A DNA stretch of 64,000 bases from a virus (lineage: Duplodnaviria > Caudoviricetes): the IMG/VR virus record IMGVR_UViG_3300026549_000030, positions 96,001 to 160,000 of that record; one strand, 5' to 3'. Positions 59,505 to 64,000 of the stretch are shown here, piece by piece (position 1 is the first letter of the stretch; every line of letters starts with the position of its first letter). The notes below the pieces were generated by a model. The model had not been told where the DNA came from. It searched no databases and was given only the letters and a program-made list of their open reading frames with translations. A program made the translations under genes and the position numbers.

Positions 59505-60950
59505 TTACTTTTTAAAGAGATTGTCCATTCTGTTCATAAGGTCAATCGAAGGATCGTTGACGTTCTGATAAATGGTTGTCTCATTTAAATTTTTTGATTC
59601 AGCAACGAATTGCTTCTCAATTGCGGGTTTTGAATTTACGGATTCCTTAAGTTCTGACTTAATTGTCTCGTAAAGGTTCTTGCCCTCTGTGAGTGTCTTA
59701 ACAGCGTTGAAGCGCTCGCAGATTCTCTTCTTCTCGTCCTTGGTTGTTGTCTCATTCACAAGAATATCGACAAGCTTGCCCATATTGACGTTGAGAACAG
59801 CAGCCTCATACAGGCTCTTCTTAATCTTATTAATGCACTCAACATATTGTTTATTTTCGGCCTGAATAGCCTTTGCCTTTGCGACAATCTTAGTTACAGA
59901 TTCGCGGAGAGCCTTGTACTCACCATCCTCAGATGACTGATGCTGGTTCTGTGCACCACGATTAATGTGGTTTGTGCTCTTCTTGTTAGCGTGCTTAGTG
60001 TTAAGTCCGCTTCCGTCCTCTTCAAGATTTGCATCAAGATTTGGATTAGCAGGCTCGTTTCCACAAGCTGCGCCACACTCGTTGACTGACTTCTCGAATG
60101 GCTTGCTGTCGCCCTTTCCTGCCCATGGTTTCTCAGAGCCCTTAGGTGCGCCTTCATCCCAATCGTTAGTAGTCTTTGAATCGGCAGGCTCGTTCATATT
60201 GAACTTCTTGTCGAATACGTCCTTCTGATAAGAGTCAGTGTAACCGAGGTTTTCCTCGTTAAGCTCTTCCTCATTGTCATCATTAAGGTCGATTTCGATA
60301 TCGCCGTCCTCATCTCCGCCAAGATTAATGTCAATGTCGTCGTCTCCGGCTTCGCCCTCAATGTCAACATCTTCACCACCGTCTACATCTGCGGTATCAT
60401 CGCTTCCGGCTTCGCCACCCAGTGCATCAGGATCAAGTTCAATCACGAATTCGGCGCCAGTCTCGTCATCCTTCACAGAATAAGTTCCGTCATCTTCCTT
60501 CTTTACGAAGATTTGGTCGTCATCCCCGAGTTTGTTGTAGACTTTGAGAATTTCATCTCCATCCACGCCCGTGAAATCATAATCATTGTCACCAACCTTG
60601 TACTGTTCAAAATCTGACCATTCATCGTCATCGGCATTGCCCTCATCAGAGCCTTCCTCGCCTTCCTGTGAGAAATCCTCTTCGCCTGCTCCCTCTTCGG
60701 GTGCCTCGGCGTCGTTATCCTCACCGCCTTCATTGTCAGTTACTGCAGGAACATCCTCGGTATTGACATCCTCTACGCTATAACCGTCTTCCTGTTCCTC
60801 TTCCTCGCTATGGTCTTCCTCTTCCATCACCAAATTGGCGATAGTTTCGTTTACGATAGCACGAAGAGACTTCTCGGTGCCTTCCTGTAATGCCTTTGTA
60901 ATCTTCTCGGCATCACGGATAGTTTTTTCAGCCGTATTATTTTTTTTCAT
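59505..60950 (-). CDS. Prohead scaffold/core protein
   Basis: Very acidic with a coiled-coil C-terminus and many L-x-E sites; immediately upstream of the major capsid gene. Confidence 0.8.
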   Translation of the reverse strand: MKKNNTAEKTIRDAEKITKALQEGTEKSLRAIVNETIANLVMEEEDHSEEEEQEDGYSVEDVNTEDVPAVTDNEGGEDNDAEAPEEGAGEEDFSQEGEEGSDEGNADDDEWSDFEQYKVGDNDYDFTGVDGDEILKVYNKLGDDDQIFVKKEDDGTYSVKDDETGAEFVIELDPDALGGEAGSDDTADVDGGEDVDIEGEAGDDDIDINLGGDEDGDIEIDLNDDNEEELNEENLGYTDSYQKDVFDKKFNMNEPADSKTTNDWDEGAPKGSEKPWAGKGDSKPFEKSVNECGAACGNEPANPNLDANLEEDGSGLNTKHANKKSTNHINRGAQNQHQSSEDGEYKALRESVTKIVAKAKAIQAENKQYVECINKIKKSLYEAAVLNVNMGKLVDILVNETTTKDEKKRICERFNAVKTLTEGKNLYETIKSELKESVNSKPAIEKQFVAESKNLNETTIYQNVNDPSIDLMNRMDNLFKK

Positions 60951-61062
60951 ATTTTCGACTTTTTAAAAAAAAATGTTTATTTTATAGATAAATATGGATT
61001 AAAATCAAAAAGTTATGTTTTTGCCGCTGTTTTCAACTTGTACAGGGCAAAAACATTAATTT

Positions 61063-61776
61063 TTAGTCGTTAAGATGAAGCCATTCATCAAATTCTGAGA
61101 ATTTATCTTCCTTAATAAGAGTTCCTTCCTTCTTTTCAGACTCAATGTATGGACGTAATTTCTCAGGATTTTCTTCAATCCAAGCCTGCGGAGTTGAAGG
61201 CTGACTAACTGCGTCCCAACACACAATATCGTAGTCGTCACCAACAATGAGACTTCCCATTTGCTGCGTAACACTTCCAAGCCCGCGAGAAGAAACGCCA
61301 ACCTTCAATCCAGAAAGTAACCACTGAGCGAGGATATCCGCACAAGTGTAGACTCCACCGTGGTCTCTGAATCCGTCAGAGATTGGAATTTCCATTTTAC
61401 CAACAAGGGTATGTCCTTCCCAATGGAGTTCTATGATATTAAGTGCGATTCGACTAAGGTCTATTGCGCTGCTTTCGGGGTGGTTTAACTCACCGTATGC
61501 ACGCCTCTCAGCTATTGCCGTTTGATATTTTTCAACCTCTCTCTTGAGAACGTTCTCAGGATATATACGTCCGTTAGCATTTTCAATTCCGAACTTTTGG
61601 AAAACAGCGGAAACAACAAATGGATTCGGGAGTACGCGTCTTGATGTAGCGTCCCCTGCGTTAATCGCTTCCATTATAGGCCTGTTAGCCTCCGAGTTCA
61701 TCGACACATATCCGTCATTCTCAATCAGAAGCCCGGTTCCTACTTGTCCTTTCTTAATTTCTGTTATCACATTCAT
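61063..61776 (-). CDS. Prohead core protease (gp21-like)
   Basis: NANGRIYP, GELNHPE, GVSSRGLGS, WDAVSQPS. Confidence 0.93.
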   Translation of the reverse strand: MNVITEIKKGQVGTGLLIENDGYVSMNSEANRPIMEAINAGDATSRRVLPNPFVVSAVFQKFGIENANGRIYPENVLKREVEKYQTAIAERRAYGELNHPESSAIDLSRIALNIIELHWEGHTLVGKMEIPISDGFRDHGGVYTCADILAQWLLSGLKVGVSSRGLGSVTQQMGSLIVGDDYDIVCWDAVSQPSTPQAWIEENPEKLRPYIESEKKEGTLIKEDKFSEFDEWLHLND

Positions 61777-61803
61777 TGTGAAAATTGCATTTTTGTTCAG
61801 AAT

Positions 61804-61840
61804 ATAAATACCTGATTAAAAAAGAAAAGTGTATATTTAT
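61804..61840. promoter_or_regulatory. Divergent TATTTAT late-promoter pair (protease / infA)
   Basis: ATAAATA at 61804 and TATTTAT at 61834. Confidence 0.6.
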
Positions 61841-61850
61841 ATAGTTGAAT

Positions 61851-62066
61851 ATGAAAAAGGAAAGTAATTTATCATTTGAGGGAACGGTGCTTGACGCGCT
61901 GTCCAACGCTAATTTCAGGGTGCAACTCGATAATGGCATAGAAATCATATGCCACCTATCGGGAAAAATGCGCATGAATTATATAAAGGTAATACCCGGA
62001 GATAGGGTTGGAATAGAAATGAGCCCCTACGATTTGACGAAGGGGCGAATCTTTAAGCGTCTCTAA
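61851..62066 (+). CDS. infA: Translation initiation factor IF-1
   Basis: [20 protein letters not shown]...[19 protein letters not shown]...[10 protein letters not shown]. Confidence 0.95.
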   Translation: MKKESNLSFEGTVLDALSNANFRVQLDNGIEIICHLSGKMRMNYIKVIPGDRVGIEMSPYDLTKGRIFKRL

Positions 62067-63685
62067 AATATCGACAGTAGGCTTTTCATACTCTTTGTCT
62101 TTGGGTGTCCTACTGTTTTTTTCACCATTGGCTTATATTTTGGCTTAGGCTTGAACTCAGCACTCATAAGCGTAGAGTTGTCAAGGACTATACTTGCATC
62201 CGTCTTTAGTGTATTGTTGTCGCTCGTAATCGGCTGCGTTGATAATGGCTTATGCACAGTAGAGACAAAAGGACGTTTATCAGCAATCGTACCTCTTTTG
62301 ACATGCTTTGTGCTAAGCCAGTTAAAGTAATCGCTCTTATATGTTGTCTTTGATAGATATTTGAATTTCTCACCACCATTTTTCCACAGAGCATAATTGA
62401 ACGATAATTGATCCCTATGACTGCCAACCAACAATTCAGACCACCAATCCTCCATTAACTTTATGCATACAGGGTCATTATGCTTGCGAAGCATAATGTT
62501 TGTCTGAACAAGCCCGTAGTCGGAAGGGAAACCCTCTTTCTTATATCTTTCCATTTGTGGATCAATATTTGCCGCTACGTCTTTCTTCATTCTCTTACAT
62601 ATTTCGGCTTCCCTATAAATGCATTTTCTTTGAGGGTGTTCAGGAATGAATACAACGTCGTCAGTATTGCATTCTTTTTCTATAAATTTGTTTATGTCGC
62701 CACGAATATCGACAACGCCGTCAACCCATAATGAAACCTCATACTCTGGAAGAACCTTATGCGCGTTGATTTTAACATATCGCTGCTGTTTAACTCTTGA
62801 TAAATCTTTTACCTCCAGCGGCATCTTACGAATTTCCCATATTCCTCCGCCGTTTAAATTTTCATCATCAGTAAAGCAAACATAGTCGAAATTAGGCTCT
62901 ACCTTTATATTAGTTAACAGGTTATCGTATCCACCCGTTATGCACGTGTAGACTACGTTCTTATTAACACCATCCTCTCCCCATGTTTTTTTATACCTAT
63001 TAAGCCATTCTTCCGGATTATATTCGTGCTTATTATGGATTGTTTCTTTTTCCTTTATCCAACTTCCACCGGAATAGTGTGTAACATATTTCTCAGACTT
63101 AATTTCTCTGTGCCTTAATTTAACACAGTCAAGATAGAACGATGCGCCCGTATCGAATCTATCTCCATTTCCGCCGAGCCCATGCATTTTGTTTTCATTG
63201 AAATAGTGTGCATTGTTGGCTTTGCAAATCTTCGTGTTTATAAAACATATATAAGGTAGAACCCTCTTTATCGTGGAACGTGGCTGAACAATGACTTCTC
63301 CTACGTACGCGCAGGATAAATCATACAAGTCAGAAACGTCGCCCAATAATAGTACATCGCTATCAAGAAGGATGAATGGCTCATTGTTCATTTCCATAAA
63401 CTTCTCAACAGAATAACAATGCTTAGCGCTGCCCCATCTGTTTAATTTTCCTGGGGATTTTAATCTTGAAGGATATTTCTGTAACCACTTATCAAAATCA
63501 ATAATTTGTCCATTGGTGTTGTCTATGTACACGAGATTATCACACCTATAGACAAACGGCTCCTTATCGCTGTTATCGAAAACATATATCTTAGAGTTCG
63601 GCGTAAATTTATTTACGCTCTTAACAAGACATTCTGTTAACAGCGGCGTATTATAATGTACAATTAGAAAATTAACCTTGTCCAT
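62063..63685 (-). CDS. Two-domain glycosyltransferase (GT2-like + DUF616/TOD1-like)
   Basis: IVHYNTP...LLDSD; [39 protein letters not shown]. Confidence 0.8.
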   Translation of the reverse strand: MDKVNFLIVHYNTPLLTECLVKSVNKFTPNSKIYVFDNSDKEPFVYRCDNLVYIDNTNGQIIDFDKWLQKYPSRLKSPGKLNRWGSAKHCYSVEKFMEMNNEPFILLDSDVLLLGDVSDLYDLSCAYVGEVIVQPRSTIKRVLPYICFINTKICKANNAHYFNENKMHGLGGNGDRFDTGASFYLDCVKLRHREIKSEKYVTHYSGGSWIKEKETIHNKHEYNPEEWLNRYKKTWGEDGVNKNVVYTCITGGYDNLLTNIKVEPNFDYVCFTDDENLNGGGIWEIRKMPLEVKDLSRVKQQRYVKINAHKVLPEYEVSLWVDGVVDIRGDINKFIEKECNTDDVVFIPEHPQRKCIYREAEICKRMKKDVAANIDPQMERYKKEGFPSDYGLVQTNIMLRKHNDPVCIKLMEDWWSELLVGSHRDQLSFNYALWKNGGEKFKYLSKTTYKSDYFNWLSTKHVKRGTIADKRPFVSTVHKPLSTQPITSDNNTLKTDASIVLDNSTLMSAEFKPKPKYKPMVKKTVGHPKTKSMKSLLSIF

Positions 63686-64000
63686 TTAACTCTTCCTCCG
63701 TGAAATACTCATCTTCAATTATGCCCCTCTCAGATTGCTTTTGACGAATATCATATTCGAAAGAAGAATAATCATCTTCGTATTTAGACTTTTCAACAAG
63801 TTTTGACAGTTCTTCCCTTCCAAGTTTTGTCCTGACAAACACTTCCCGTAATAATTCATTAAATTCATTATCTGGGAGTGAACATAAATTCATAATAAAT
63901 GTTGGAAGAACCTTTGTATCCCCTGAGACTGTATCAGAAATATAATCCCAAAGAACAGGACCTAGACGTGAGTACCAAGGGTCGTTCACAATGGCGTCAG
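63672..64000 (-). CDS. Hypothetical protein, partial (C-terminal end)
   Basis: Frame open to the right edge of the window. Confidence 0.6.
   Translation of the reverse strand, partial: DAIVNDPWYSRLGPVLWDYISDTVSGDTKVLPTFIMNLCSLPDNEFNELLREVFVRTKLGREELSKLVEKSKYEDDYSSFEYDIRQKQSERGIIEDEYFTEEELNGQG

Noticed and set aside
1-64000. Stop-codon reassignment (TAG to Gln, as in Lak or some crAss-like phages)
   Set aside because: Long genes are intact and densely packed under code 11, and TAG ends several genes at sensible positions (e.g. 35490, 44013).

Overview
This 64 kb window comes from a large T4-like (contractile-tailed) dsDNA phage that uses the standard genetic code. The host is very probably a Bacteroidetes (Bacteroidales): there are three exact TTTG-N19/20-TATCTTTG host promoters, and translation starts are A-rich without Shine-Dalgarno sites. 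It holds most of the virion module: large terminase, portal, neck proteins, prohead protease, scaffold, major capsid, tail sheath, gp26-like hub chaperone, tape-measure-like protein, gp5-like spike and fibres. It also encodes an SNF2-type helicase, a family B DNA polymerase, a gp55-like late sigma factor, four glycosyltransferases, translation factor IF-1 and three paralogous free-standing Zn-ribbon/PD-(D/E)XK endonucleases. Four observations stand out. (1) The DNA polymerase is in three pieces. A naturally split Ser1/Thr+1 intein with a free-standing endonuclease between its halves must be trans-spliced, and an ORF-less group I intron (23202-23529, with clean P1/P10 pairings) must be excised. 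(2) About nine unrelated late genes share an N-terminal leader that resembles a segment of the scaffold and ends in a prohead-protease-type L-x-E site. This suggests a modular capsid cargo-loading system carrying a tandem ART-like protein, an AEP-like protein, an ArdC-like protein and a 3D-domain muralytic enzyme. (3) A TATTTAT motif precedes 22 gene starts; it matches the T4 late promoter TATAAATA read on the opposite strand. (4) There is a candidate +1 programmed frameshift upstream of the tape-measure-like gene. All family assignments come from motifs recognised by eye, not from database searches.
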